A stretch of 64,000 bases of DNA from Callorhinchus milii (Eukaryota). Position 1 is the first letter of the stretch. Every line of letters starts with the position of its first letter. Under the pieces are notes generated by a model that saw only the letters and a list, made by a program, of their open reading frames with translations, made no database searches and had not been told where the DNA came from. The position numbers and the translations under genes were made by a program. This document shows positions 24,115 through 38,240 of this stretch, piece after piece. The stretch spans positions 1,242,001 to 1,306,000 of the forward strand of contig NW_024704742.1 in NCBI RefSeq assembly GCF_018977255.1, read 5' to 3'.

Positions 24115-24487
24115 TAAATCCTTGCATTTGACGCAGCACTTTTCTACTTCGGGAGGACATCTCAAAGCGCTTCACAGGGGCTGTACTTTATGGGCAAATC
24201 TGGCAGCCTAATTGCGCACAGCAGCGACTCACAAACAGCCACGAAACCGACGACCACTTTTATTTGGGGGGATTGTTGGCCAGGACACTGGGAGAAACTG
24301 CCTCTCCTTTCAAATAGGGCCATGAGATCTTTAACATCCAGCTGATCGGGCATCACACCCCAAGCACTGCGTTGGAGTGTCAGGTTTAGACGATGCAATT
24401 CCAAGTCCCGACTTGGGGTTTCAACCTGCAATCTTCTGTCTCTCTCCCCGGAGGCGAGAGTGATGCCACTGAGCCAGGCTGACCCAT
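24115..24487 (-). mobile_element. Old near-full-length Deu-type SINE
   Basis: Head ggctcagtggcatcactctcgcctc, body, Deu core and tail. Confidence 0.75.
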
Positions 24488-24599
24488 ACAAACAGCATTC
24501 TCGTGCCTTTCCACTTGCCTCCCTCCGCGAGGCCAACAGGGCGGGCGCACAGCCAAACCCGTTCCTACAGTTTTGCCAGTTTTGCTGAGAGCTTGATTT

Positions 24600-24935
24600 G
24601 GAGAACCTCACACTCGCGTACAAAATCACTTCATGCCAGTGGCAACCCCTACCTCTCCGATCTGCCACACCTCACTCCCTTACCCTCTGCCTGGGCTCAG
24701 CTGGCTCAGGCCCCCTGCACGTCCCTCGTCTCGCCCCTATCCGCTCCACCATTGGTGGCTGTGCTTTCAGGCACTGAGCCCCAGAACTTTGGAACTCCCC
24801 GCCTCAATTCCTGTGTCTTGCCCGTCTTCAGATCATACCTGAAGATCTTCCACCTCTCCCTCCTTGGCTCGGGGCCACTGTTAGCCGCTCCCAAGACACT
24901 GCCCCGGTGCGAAGGGCACAATATAAACGCACTAC
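24600..24935 (+). mobile_element. L2 LINE 3' fragment
   Basis: YKSLH..ATPYLSDL-like and FRSYLKIF remnants, then the tail. Confidence 0.65.
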
Positions 24936-25948
24936 AAAACGAGAGCCCCGGCTCTCCCTGTGGGGAGTGCGCAGTGGACGGCTGAGCTACCCGGTGATTG
25001 AAAATCGTATCGTTTTTGCAGTGACATTCTCTTTCCCCTCCCCCCGCGCAGAATAGAGATAATACATTAAAAATCCTTGCGTGTGAAGTAGCGCCTTATC
25101 CCCCTCGCTGAGACGTCTCAAAGCGCTTCGCAGGATACACTGTAAAGCGGACTGACTGCGCGTCTTGCGGGCGAGATTAATGCTCGCAGGGGAAAAAAAA
25201 CACAAAGCAGTTTTTGAACGTAAGTTACTTGAGCCCAGCAGTGGGGGTGGGGGGGGGGGTGGGGTGAAATACATACAGCAGCTCATCAAGTCACTACTTA
25301 TTTAAAGGCCCTCACAAAATGACAGGTTGGTTCCAAGCCTCGGTGACGCTCATTCAGGATTTCAGATATCCCATCGAATGATTAAAACACGACAAGTACA
25401 AATACAAGCAGCGGCTGAAATCAAAAGCCATAATGCGAGCCACGCAGCACTCCGAAAGCCAGCGGTTGAAGCAGAAATATTGTTAATCAAAAGCATCTGA
25501 TCTAACAGGAGGTGGGGTGGGGGGGGAGGTGGACTTGGGAGACTAATCCACATGAAAATGATACACCCAGGCACCAACCTTTACTAACGCAAACGGTCTT
25601 AAAAAAAAATTCGGCTAAACATTTGCGATCAGCGCTCCCACCTTTTACAGTTTTAAAGATCTCTCCCTTTAGCGAAACCCCCCCACCCCAAAAAAAATCA
25701 CACGACTCCCCCCCAAAAAAGCCGAGAGCGCTACCATTCGCGCAGCCCCGAAACCTCGCAAGCGCCCGGAAACAACGCAGAAACCCTCGCTCACGACGCC
25801 CCCACTTGAAGCAATTCCGAGAAGCAGTTCTTCCCCCGGAGACGGGGCAATCAAAGCGACAGCGCCCCAAAACCGCCGCGCGGGGAGCGCGTTCCGCGCC
25901 GCCCCCACCCCCTCCATGCACTCCAACAGACTGAAAAAACTTTATTAC

Positions 25949-26099
25949 CTCCCCAGTCGTTGTGCTCCGACAAGCCGGTCAGGTCCAGCCGAGGGACGTC
26001 CCCCGCCGTGCTCCCCTCCGGGGGGGCCGGGTCCCCGCTTCTCCCCGCTTTGGCTGCGTCGTTTTGACTCTGGGATTCTTGGATCTTCATAGCCGAGTT
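25949..26099 (-). CDS. FAM13A: FAM13A exon (NSAMKIQESQ...DVPRLDLTGLSEHNDWG)
   Basis: 151 nt, cgcag|...G|gtaata, phase 0-1. MKIQE and VPxxDLT match FAM13A. Confidence 0.9.
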
Positions 26100-29000
26100 C
26101 TGCGCCGAGGAAAGGGGGGGGTGTGGGGGGGAAAAAGGCAATGAATAATTCCGGAGCTCAACCGGCAAGAAGGGAAGGAGAGAGAGGAAAGAAAGAGAGA
26201 GTCGAATTTTTTTATGATTTTTTTTTATAAAAAAAAGCGGAACTCCTTCGCTGCTCAAGTTTATTTTTTTATATACAAAAAAACAAGTTTTTTCAATGCG
26301 TTTCCCACAATTGACTGTGCGCCCTGACCCTCCTCCACTGTAGTCAAGCAACGGTCCCCGTGACATCTGAAAACAACCCATCTGCTTAGCTTGGACTCCC
26401 GCTAGCCAGCCTTTCCTACTCCCCCCCTCCTCCTCCTCCTTCTCCTCCCTCCCTCGCACCCCCCTCTTGTTTATATCTAGTCGTGCGTGTAATGAAAAGC
26501 CACTGTGCTCCTTGGAGTAGCCTCTCCTATTGGGCGGGACCTCGAGCTAAACCAACAAATCCATGCTGTTGTGCAGCATCTGCAGTGAGATACACCCTGA
26601 GGTCATTCTCTCTCTCTCTCTCTCCCTCTCTCGTTTGCAAGAACAGATTTTCTTTTGAGGGGGAGAGAGAGAGAGAGAGAGAGAGAAAAAAACCCACCCA
26701 CGGGAGGCCGCAAATATGGATCGCGGACGTGGCTGCACTCGTGCAAGCGCACATACGCGCAGATGGAATGATGAGCGACTGCAACGCTGGCTGCACAGGC
26801 GGCGATTCCCTGCGCTTCCCGTGCAGCCGGATGGGAACACTGAAAGGCTGGCTGGGCGTTGGGAGTCTATTAATAGTGCAGGCAGCAGGCACCACTCAAA
26901 AAGCCCCCTTCGCGACTTGCGAGCACCTCTAACAAAGAATGGTCTGGGATCGAGGGCCGCGTGTGCTGGCAAGCAGCCAAAATGCAACGAGCCAGAAAAG
27001 TCTGCTGTCACTGAACAGCCGTGTTCAGCTGCTGACCGATTAATCGTTTCTCTTTAAAGACCTCTGCAGCTCTTTAATTTTTTATATATACATCTGTGTG
27101 TATATATATATATATATATCCACAAGGGTTAAAAGCCCATTTTAAATTTCAGCAGCAAGTTTTGGCTTAGACTGCTGCCCTATTATGCTGAGCGGAACAA
27201 TGCTCCTTGCGAAATAGTTGGCGAGATCTTTATAAATTCCCTTTCCTCGCTTTTAAGAAGCACCTCACAGCCCACGTCGCTCCATCTTGCACAAGCGACA
27301 ATAAAATGAGTAGCTTCTTTGGCAACAAACTGGACCACGTTCAGCACAGCTTTAATTGCAGCAAAATGACTGAATGAGGTGTGAAAAAAAAATAAAGTAC
27401 TGAACGCCACAGTGTGGAAAGTCATTAATAATTTGTTGACCCACTTAAAGATATCAACTCACAAGGCATGCCAAGTCAGGTGACGGTTTGTTGGGAGAGT
27501 CTGATCAGGGATCTTAATTCCTCCATGAAATTAAACGGAAATTAATTCCCCGATTTAACACACTAAAGAAGAACATTACGATTTTTGAGGAATGCAGACT
27601 GAACTGTAGATAACTTCCATAAACACTGGTGGATTGTACATCATTTATAATAAGAGCTCCCTTAACAACACCATGATTACTGTCAGCTGTAAAACAAACG
27701 AGATGAAGACGTAGGCAAGCAATTTGCAACAAGGATTCACCCAAACACGTTACTGCTTCATATAACATCTTATTTTCTGTTCCGATATTTAGGTTCCAAG
27801 GGAGTGGTTAATAACCTGCTCCTTGCAGGAATGCACCTTAACTTGACCTTGTAACACCGGCAAGAACAGAAACGCAGACTCCATGGTATGTGGTAAAGAT
27901 CTGTATTCTATGAAGTGCTTTGAGACGTCTTGGAAGACGTGATAAGGCGCTATATAAAATGCCAGGATTATTATCATTATTATCTATAGCAGGATTCATT
28001 GCAGGGTGACACCATAGAGTTGGGGGTCGCAACACAAAATGGCAATATACACCTGGGTTTCATCTCATAATAATCCTTCCATTTGATATAGCATCTCAAA
28101 AGGGCTTCAAAAAAATGAATACAATAATAATCATCCTTGCATTTGATGCATCGCCTTATCACATCTCCGAGACGTCTCAAAGCGCTTCACAGAATATACT
28201 GCAAAGCGAACTGACTGTATATTTTGTGGGCAAAATATTATATCGTAAAGCTAGGATTAAAAGAAGAGAGCAAATAAGGTTATCTCATAGGTTTTCCGCC
28301 CTCCAATCTGCAGAAGTGACGATACTTTTTCAGAAGTCTAACTGCAGCAGCAGCCTGGAACTGCACCGTTGGCGCAGACACCTCCCAAACGCTCGACTTC
28401 CGAGCAGCCCCGATCCATCTGGTCACTAGGGAAACACTGCGCTAGCCATTAACAGGTGCTTTGTGATCCGCCTGTGGTTCAGTGAGAAGAGCAAGCCCAC
28501 TGCAAGCAAAATTAACCACGTGGCTAGACTGGTGTTACTGAGGCAAGTGCATGTATCCCTGGGGGTGGCTTTTGTGCTTTGGATCCTCGTTTCAGGACTC
28601 AAGGACTGGTCATAACTAATCCACGCCAACATCCCCAGATTGTTTATCCTTTGAAACGCTTTCCCAGACCACAGTTATTTACATCAACGAGTGCCCATGC
28701 GATCGCAGATTCCTGGTTGAATCCAGACAATGTTAGGAGAGAGAGAGAAAAAAAAAAATCGATGTGACCAAAGTGGTAAGCGCCAGAGACCTCCTGTCTG
28801 GTGATTTTTGCGGAGTCCAAGTCTTTAGATTAGTGGTGACGCACGTGGATCTCCTGATGGAAACAGTTTACATCGGGAGGCACTTTGCGCCAGTGGCCGA
28901 GGGCCAGTAATGCTACTATTTTCCACCGAGAGTGATATTTTTAACAACTCTGGCTTTCAGTTCCAATGAACCAGCTTCAAGTCAAATCTCTTAATCCATT

Positions 29001-30322
29001 CTTTCCAGTTGTATGTTAAACCTATTTGCTGCAATGGTTTTCTGCAATGGTTTTCCCTGGTAACTTATTCCAAACATCTATTAATTTCCTTACCCTTAAA
29101 CTTCATCCCTGGAGTTTGGACCCTTTTGCTGCAGTAAACAACCTGGTCGCATCAACACTGACGGTATTTTGTGGGCGAAACGCGACAGCCAATTGCGCAC
29201 AGCAGTGTCCCCACAAACAGTCGCGGATTGAAATGACCAATTTACTATTATTATTGTTGTGTGTTTTTTTTTTAAAAGAAATTATTACCTCCGGAAAAGC
29301 GTACTGCTAACAAAGCAATCGTGATTACCTCTGGAAATATTCAATCCATTCTCAGTTGCTGCTCTCTGTTCCCCCCTCAACCAATTTCAATTCTCGTGAT
29401 TTAATGTTCTGGCCTTTCCACAGCTTTGTCCTGATTTGTAACAGACTTCCTTTCTTCCTGTCCAGAAAGTTTAAGATAACCTATATTTATCTTCTTTCCT
29501 TTCATTGAACTCCATACACCGTCTCCGCGCTCCAGGCTTTTATCGTTTCTTATGCAGTCCCCATTCAAACTGGTTTGTTATATCTGTGTCTTCCATAGGC
29601 TTTGGTATTTTAATCCCTCAGTCAACACCCTTGATATACCAGATCTCTGATACTCCAATCACACAGAACATTTTCTTCAGTCTAGTGTTTCCAATTTCAC
29701 TAGCTTCTTTCTCGTATTTTACTAAAAAAGTTCTTTACATTTCCTTTTCCTCTCTATTTGTGTCCACAAAATAGTCAATTCACTTTATAGTATACGACGT
29801 GAAGCGCTTTGAGGCGTCTCGAAGACGTGATAAGGCGCTGCATCAAAATGCAAGGATTATTCTTATTATCTGGAGGCACATTTCTGTGGAGCCCACGTAC
29901 TTGTTCTCCCTAGCCTACCCCACAAATACTTTCTAGGTATCTAGAAAACTCTTTTCAACAGGCACCATCCAGCCAGCCATTCATTCATCAACTCTCACAG
30001 CTTATCTCCACTTTTTGAACCAACCGGTTCCCCATTTTCAGTCTTTTTTTTGCTCCAAAGATCAAGGAAAGGAGAGGAATGTTGTGCTTCGTGTGAAGAA
30101 TTCTCGATATATAGCATAACATTTCTCGCCTTTCCATCACTCCAGTTTTCTCTCTTAATCCTCTAAACGTATCTCTTTAATATCCTTCTCTCCTCTCAGT
30201 GTTATTCACTTCTGGTCCCTCTACGTTGGCTCATTGAGCCTCCGCGCTATTTTCAAAATGATCAAAATTTTTATCATTAGCCTGATCTCGTGATGCCGTA
30301 CATAGAAGATCTTATTACTCAC

Positions 30323-30383
30323 CAGAGTCAATTTTACAGGATTGTAAGTGTCCTTTTCACAGAGCATAGTGGCGCTTTCCTTC
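30323..30383 (-). CDS. FAM13A: FAM13A exon (KESATMLCEKDTYNPVKLTL)
   Basis: 61 nt, tgtttcag|...CTG|gtgagt. Phase 2-0 is exactly what the flanking exons require; the peptide itself is poorly conserved. Confidence 0.75.
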
Positions 30384-30977
30384 CTGAAACACAGACCAGA
30401 GCAAATTAAATTCGAGTCAATCAGATTTACGGTTCACTGGCACAGTCAACACTGGCCTTCCCACGACAAAGCTTGTACAACAGATATCTAAACGAGATTC
30501 TTGGAACTTCTTTCAAAATAAAGTATAATCTAAATAAAGTAGAATGGCAGAGAGGAACTGAAGCCCATCAGTTCCCTAAAGGGACGCTACAATTTCCTAA
30601 AATTCAGGGAATCCTCACAATGTGCTTGGCTGGGTCCAAAGCCACGATTACAAGGGAGGCACACACACACACACACAAAAAAAAAAAACCCAGCAGAGTT
30701 CTGGTCATGTCGCCGCTGAGGTCACTGGCTGAAAAGGGAGGTGCGTAACTCGCACGTTCGGAGGGAGTGACGTCAGAGGCCAGCCGATGATCCGCACATC
30801 GGCCTTTCTTGTGCAGGAAGCTGGCCAGTCAGGACTGGAACCCAGGGGCTACCACGTTCTCGATTAGCGCGGGTCAACCCAGATCCTCGCTAAGTGAGGC
30901 AGCGCTCAATTTAAAAAAAAAAAAGGTATCAGAAGGCGGTCACTCCTCACAACAACACACATAAAAATTTAAAACAG

Positions 30978-31320
30978 ATTACTTTTGTACAGCGCCTTCC
31001 ACGTCGGGAGGACGTCCCAAGGCCCTGGATAGTCAGGCACCCGCACCCGAGCTGGACGTTTGGGATCATGAGGGGTGGAGGGCAAGGAGGGTAGGGGGTG
31101 GGTGGGGGGACCGAAGGCGCTGTGGAAGAAGAGGGTCTTGTTGAGACGGGTCTTGAGGGAGATGGCGAGGCGGAGGGACTACGGGATGGAGTTCTGGAAG
31201 GTGGCGGCAAAGAGGCTGAAGGTCTTGCCCTCCAATGTCGGGGCAGGTAAGGCGGGGGACATCAAGCAGGACCGGAGCCTGCTGAGCGGAGAGAGCGGGC
31301 AGGTTTGGTAGGGGCTTAGG
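30978..31320 (-). mobile_element. L2 LINE 3' fragment with intact tail
   Basis: L2 ORF2 end; the 3' end TTGGGACGTCCTCCCGACGTG is identical to the young SINE tail. Confidence 0.82.
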
Positions 31321-34300
31321 AGGAGTTAAACTAATAATCTTCATTATCGCGTAATACGGATAAGATCTGTTCTGCGTTAGTACCAACAATAATTACAAGT
31401 TTAATGGAAATGATGTACAAGGAAAAGAAACCGCTGAAAGCGATGTCCACTTCGGTTTGTCCCCAGGCCTCTAACTGCCACCGATGGCTAGCTGTCCACG
31501 CCTAGCCATCTTTGTTGCCTTTAACGTGCTCATCGGGCCATTCTCCTCAACGCCTCGCCGGGCGTCTGCTTCCACCTCGCCGCCGATAGCGTTTCAAATT
31601 CCACTTCGTCCAATGTTTGGCACCCACAGAAGCGTCAAACAGCTTCTGCCACGGCCACACAGCCACGTCAGGATTAAACACTCCCGAGACCTTACCCTGG
31701 GTGAAGGAGCTTGATTTCAATGCAAGTTGTTGTTGTTGTTGTAGCAAGCATGGTCCCCTTCCAATCCTAATTCCAGGCAGTGCCACGCAGTGATGTAATT
31801 CCCAAAGCACCAGGTTAGCGTCCACGTGGGCACTGACAACAACAACCACCACCACCACCACCTCTACTTCTGCCCTGGACTCTGGGATTGTCACTGCTGC
31901 GTCTGCAATCGAGTCCGATTAACACAACGTACAAGTTACCGCTCTTGCTCTGCCAAACGGACAAAGAGCTAGTCTGTCCGTGAAGCGACTGCAGCCGAGC
32001 AGAGCAAACCTTCACCTTGCCTCGTGGTTCTTAACCGGGTGAACTGCAGCAAACAAAAACATTCCACTACCTATTTATCTATAAGTTGCTTGGCAATGGG
32101 TTTAGTGTCTCTTGGTTACCGAAGAAAACAAACAGTTGGTCAGATTGGCCCGATGGCTCCATCGACAAAGAATGCCGAGGTTCTGCAACTATCAATACTC
32201 CGGTCTTCTCTGGAGTAAGATAAAATGTTGATTACCAATAATGAGAATTCCTGCATTTGATACAGCACCTTGTCACATCGTTGAGAAGTGCTTCACAAGG
32301 TGTACTGTAAAGACTGTGTGCATTTTTTTGTGTGTGGTGGGCGATCACCTAGATTTCGGTTACCAACTGGGCCACAAGGAAGGATTACAAATAAAGGAAC
32401 AGCTGGGTGGTGACACCCCAAAATATAGTAGTCCCTGGCGTTCGTTTCACAAAAAAATGTTTTTTGACGCAAGAGGAAACCAGAGAGGGCTTCTGGCTCC
32501 ATGAGTGAGCCAGCGAGAGTTTCCAGATCTACGAGTTAATGTGGAAATCACAATACCTTCAGTTGTATAGTATGTCCTATGAAGCGCTTCGAGAGGTCTT
32601 GCTGACGTGACACTATGCCAAATGCAAGGATTATTTTACGAAGCATGTACAGCAAAGCACGGAAACAGGCTACTCAGCCCAACCATTCCCAGAGTTTATA
32701 CTCTGCATGTGTCTTTTAATGCAACTTTTGACATCGTATCTGGGTCAATCGGGCTGAAGACTGGATGCCCTGTTCTACTCTCGTTTCTAGATTGGCTCGA
32801 AACACAAACTAGGAGCCCGAGGCTTCAGTGAATGAACACTGAATGACACCACACTCTGCAATTTCTCTTAACAGAGGGTTCAGCACAGGAGGATACAATG
32901 CAAAATTACATTTGTATAGCGCCTTTCACTTCGGGAGGACGTCCCAATGATGTGCCCGCACCACAGGAGGATGCCCACAACCTGGAAAGCCTCGGTAACA
33001 GGACATGCAACATTTTTAAATTGACCCGTGGCACCAATGGCAAATTTCAGGCCGGGCCCAGAATGAAAGTGTGAAGGGTTTATTGCTGCCAAGTCAATGT
33101 TTGTCTGGACCAAAGAACGTTTCATAGAGAAGCTGTTTTTTTTTTTGAAAAACAAACCAACAAAAGTTAATTGAACTAGACATTAGGAAGAGAAAGATAT
33201 TGGGGAAAACAAATCATTGACAATTGGCCGGATGAGCTGTAGGAAAAGAATGATGCATAACTTTCTGAACACTGGTGATGCATAGAAAAGAAGAACTATT
33301 CTGGGGCAGCGAGAGAGAGAGAGAAAATAAATCTCCCAGTAAGTAACGAGTTATTGCGTGTAACACAAGAGACTGCTGAAGAATGGTTAGTTAGTATTAG
33401 ATAAGTACTGTTGATCACTATTATGAAATACTCCCATATTTACTATTAGGGTGAAACGATTTACAAGAGCCAGAATCTTGTGACTTTGCACGGGTGGACG
33501 GATGACGTCTTACTTAGTGGTATGCAGAGGCCGGACGAAGGAGGAAGAACTCGTGAAGGCCACTCGCATTTTCCAAAGGTAACTCTGTTTCACTTCGGTC
33601 GGAAATTGTGCGAGAAAACCGCTCAATAATTGCACAGTGGGTGAAACACAACCACTCGAAGCATGTTTTTTTTTTATATAAAAAAAAGAGGAGAGAGGAG
33701 ATAGCCGGCACGACAGATTAAAAAAAAAGAACGTTTTAATACAAACGCAGCCGCCTTCAAATTGAGGGTTTCACAGCAGCACCACTGAAAGCATAAGCCA
33801 CGACTGAGAAATAAATATCGTCAACGACAAACTCACCCCCCCCCCCCCCCCTCAAATGCTCAGGTACAAACTACCCTTGGAAAAGGGAGAGGAAATGATC
33901 GGCAAAAAAAAAAAAAAAAAAAAAACACATTGTGAATTATCAGTCAACTTTGAGAGTTCGGGTTCGCGTCATCGAATGAAAAAGGAACCCGAGCAGGTTA
34001 CTGAGAAAAACTATTTGCTCCTTCTCCCCTCCCAGCCCCGCGCACCCCACCCTCGTTACCGGCGAAACCAAAGACGTGCACGCATCAAGGACCAGCACAT
34101 CCCTTAACACACGGCAGGCACGGCACAGGCACCTCAGGGTGCTTCGCAAATGCGCTTACAAGTGTCTAAGACGGACAGATCGGTTCAAAGGCACGAGGGC
34201 TCGATTCTGGCAGTGGCGTGATCACGCCACCTTCCGTTCCGCCCTCGAAACATTCTGGGCTTTTGTCGTACAGCGCTTCCATCCGTCGTTGCGGAACTTT

Positions 34301-35029
34301 TCGACGACGAAGCAAAATTTTTTCCAATGATGAGGGCTGAGGACACGTGGCAAATCCCCTGACAGCATAGCGGTAGGAGATAACACCGAGCGGGGAAATG
34401 GCGTACAAAAGCAAGGGTCTTCCCCACTGACAGGACAGTCCCATCGCTGGCAAGAGTAGTTCGGAAAGTGGCAAACGCACCTGCTCTCAACCAATGGGTG
34501 TGGTGTCCCAGCAATACACAGGCGAGGCAAAATGCCCTCTGTACGATGTGCTGCCTTTAATGGTGGCATTGAAGGGTGTGGCTATTGACAGCGGTTCCCC
34601 AACTTGAACGAGAAACTGAATTCAAACTGCACGTCTTTCTGTGGGTCGGCCAAGAGTCTTGACACACGCAGAAACCCATCACCAGGCTCCAGAGTATCCC
34701 AAACAAGACAGTGCCGTGCATCCCAACGACACGTGAAAATTGCCCCCCCCCACCGTCTAGAATTACATAATTCCTGAGACTATTAGGGTGCTGGTTGACA
34801 AGAGCAAGAGCTTGTGGGACGCCAAGGTCTGTTGGAAGCCCGAACAGCTAAAACTGCACGGCTTGCTGCCAAGAGCGCCTGCCTGGAGAGCTTCGCATTT
34901 TGCTTGTCCAGCTCGGACCATCCGACTAGTTAGGACTTTGTGACTTCCAGGGCTTAACGGGAGCCGAATGGAAAGAATGCCTGAACCCCCAAACATCACA
35001 CAAACATTGGATGGTGGAGAAAAACTGAC

Positions 35030-35142
35030 CTGTCCTGTTCACTGACGTCGTCAGGCTGAACCAGAAAGGTCAGGTCACCGCCTGGAGCTCCAGCAAATGG
35101 ATCCTGAGACCACGACGTAGCAAAGCTGCTATTTTCCATTAC
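35030..35142 (-). CDS. FAM13A: FAM13A exon (VMENSSFATSWSQDPFAGAPGGDLTFLVQPDDVSEQDR)
   Basis: 113 nt, tttctggcag|...AG|gtcagt, phase 0-2. Weak similarity to recalled VNMES...PDD...DER. Confidence 0.8.
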
Positions 35143-35174
35143 CTGCCAGAAACAAAAAACACCACCAGTTAACA

Positions 35175-35560
35175 CAACAACAACAAATTACACTTGTATA
35201 GCGTCTTTCACGTTGGATGTCCCAAGCCACTGGACAGTCAGGGGTTTGGACCCGAGCTGGGGATTAGGTTCAGGAGGGGTGGAGGGCGGAGAGGGTAGGG
35301 GTAGGAGGGTGACCGAAGGCGTGGCTTCAAGGAGGCAAGGGAGGGAGCGAGGCACAGGGACTGCGGGATGAAATTCCAAAGGGCGGTGGCAAGAAGAGAG
35401 GCTGAAGGCCCGGCCGCCGATGGTGGTGGGGCGGGCTGGGCAGGGGACATGGGAGCAGGCCGGAGCCCGCTGGGCGGAGGGAGTGCTCAGGTCGGTATGG
35501 AGTTAGCAGGTCGCAGAGGTAAGGAGGAGGAAAGCTGTGGAGGGCTTTGAAGGCGAGGAC
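35175..35560 (-). mobile_element. L2 LINE 3' fragment
   Basis: FKALHS..SLPLRPANS...LWNFIPQSL..A.SLASLKPRL, ending in an (AAC)n tail on +. Confidence 0.78.
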
Positions 35561-37829
35561 GAAACCACATAATCACCCCACGTCCAGAGCTTAAAAAAAC
35601 ACAATCGGTTGTCACTGAGAGGAGCTGAATGTTCACATTGCTCTGCCGCTCACTTCTTTGTTTATACAGCTCCAAAGAGCAAAAATCGATGATGTTAAAA
35701 ACACTGGCCTGCTGTGAGCCGGTGACTGTGGACAATTAATTCCGGGCTACTTAAATGATTCACAGGATGGACTTTAGATAACAGACTGTGTGTAAAACGA
35801 ATTAACCCAAATTCAGAAGCCTTACAATGGTTTTTTTCAACTGCCATCAATGAATACATTCTTTCGCATGGAAAATGTGCTAATACGTTCCACTGCAACA
35901 GAATCTGCTGTACAAATTTTGGCGCTGGTGGCTCTTAAGAAATAAGGAATCGGCTGCCAAATTCAGTTCCTTGCAGATGACCAGAATGGCCTTTGACTGG
36001 AGAGTGGATTGTCTTTGCTCCGATTCATACTTTCCCGAGTCGAGTGGAGCGAAACCCAGACCCCAAACTTCACCCCAGAGCTCCGAGACCTCTACCCGTG
36101 TGTTATGTAAATACAAGTTGCTGTTGCTCCCACTCCTCAGCTCGGCAACTCTTCCTGATGTAGACTGGGAGTCGATAAAAAGAAAATCCGAGAGAAACTG
36201 TCACCTCGCCAGGAAAAACATTACACGTTGTACATTTGTACAGAAGAGATCAGTAACATTTATATGCACTCAGTATGCAGCTAGTGGATTTATAGAGTGA
36301 TTAAGAACAAAGGGAGGGAGAAAGAAATACCATGACACCTTATCACCTGCAACAAAATCTCTTGTGACCTTACGCTTTTGATTGAAATCAGATACTTGCT
36401 TATAGTTACTTAGAGTTCAGTGGAACCTGCATCGTCCAAAACTATTAGATTAATCTCTACTTATGCGTATCCACACACCGCAGGTACGCTACTCACGCTC
36501 ACTACTGTCTCATATACAGTACACAACGAGGGAAAGAGAAACACGCGAGCAAACAATTAGGAAAGGAACATCTCACAGTGTCCTCCAGAAAAAATTGCTC
36601 CTTGGCTTCACGGCTGTTTGTGGGACATCACTGTGAGGAAATTGGCTGCTGTGCTCACCTACAAATACACAGTTACTGCACTTTTATTGTAAAATCCTAT
36701 GAAGCATTTTGGCGACGTGATCCACTCCGACACGCTATCCTACATGAAGGACACTATACAAACGTAAGTAGCTGTTGTTATTATAAGGCGCTACCTCAAA
36801 CGCAAAAATGTATTGGCTTTGCCAGCTCCACAAGGCTGCAGAACTCCATGACCCCTTCCGCACTAAACCCATCACCCTATCATCACCCACTCCACACCCA
36901 CCCCGGCGGACTAACCTCAAAATCCTTGTCCTCCCCTTCAAACGCCTCCACAGCTTTGCCCCATGTTCTCTTCTGGGCACTCCCTCCGCTCTGCCAACAC
37001 TGGCCTGCTTCACGCCCACTGCCCGCTCTGCCCCAGCACTGGCGAGTAAGCTTTTAGCTACCTTGCCCCCACCCTAAGGAGCTGTCTCCGACAACTCTGG
37101 TGTAATATAGGGTTTTGAGTTCTCCCTACGTGAAACAAGTATAAATCAGGGCAGGTAGCCATTGTAAATCCGGATGTGGAGAAGAATGTAATCCAGGGAA
37201 ATCAGAAGGAAAACTGCTTGAAATGCACGCAGGTGAGATGCCGGTCACTTCTCTGGACTGGAACCCTGAATATACACTTCTAATGAAGTTATGGTTTTGA
37301 AATAAAGGAACTGCGACAGCAATTACCCCGTATAATATCTACAGATCAGAGCTGCCTGGACAAGCAAATTTGTGGGGCTAGTTACAGTAATATTGTTCAA
37401 AGAAAATATTTCTTTGAACAAAATATTCGGGGAGGGGTGGGGGGGCGGGGGGGAGAATATTTCAAAACAAAGCAAACAAGTGATTTGTATCATTACAAAA
37501 ATGCTTTCTAAACACGCAGGCAAGAAGCAGATAAAAGTTCAAGTACTTTTTAAAAATTAACTTGCAACGTAACACCCTCACAGAGATGTACTGCAACAAT
37601 GTGCGCTTGTTATTTAACTGTGTTTCCTGCCAAATGATCCCCACCCAGATTTTGTTTTCATTCATTCTTGGCACCAAATGTTGTCCTTCTGGTACCTTGC
37701 CCTCGTGACCAAGCTTTGTTTGAGCTGAGCTACTGGCATGGTTAAAGAATATTGGTTTACGCCAACAGTAACTGGTTCCCGGTCTCTTAACCAGCGGCAC
37801 AATTTGCATGAATAAAGAATTTTTCACAG

Positions 37830-38240
37830 CGTCTTATCAGCCTTTTTTTTAAAAAAAAGCTTCCAAGTGCTTCGTCAACACGGTCAATAGCTCTTCTTTT
37901 TGTAGACAAATCCGGCAGCCATTTTGCACACGGGCAAAGTCCCATAAACAACCATGAGACGAAAGACCAATTCATATAGAGGATTGTTGACCTGAACACA
38001 GTTGGAGACCCCCCTTCTCTTTTTGAATAGTGCCCTGGGTTCCGCCATGAAAACAGGCAGAGCAACCAAATGCTGGTTTAACACTTTGTCTGAAAAGCAA
38101 CACCTCTGACAATGCAGCTCTCTCTCCCAAGTGCTATGCTGAAGTGTTGGGCGTAGCACTAACAGCTCAATTCCCAACATGGAGCCTTAACCTACAGTCT
38201 TCTGACCAAGAGGCAAGAGTTCTACCAACTGCGGCGAGCT
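37830..38240 (-). mobile_element. Old Deu-type SINE, degenerate
   Basis: Same architecture as 22375-22760. Confidence 0.6.

Noticed and set aside
35880..36165. Good acceptor at 36165 followed by an open frame (STSGRVAELRS...)
   Set aside because: No convincing donor or homology, and the exon at 35030-35142 already fills this position.
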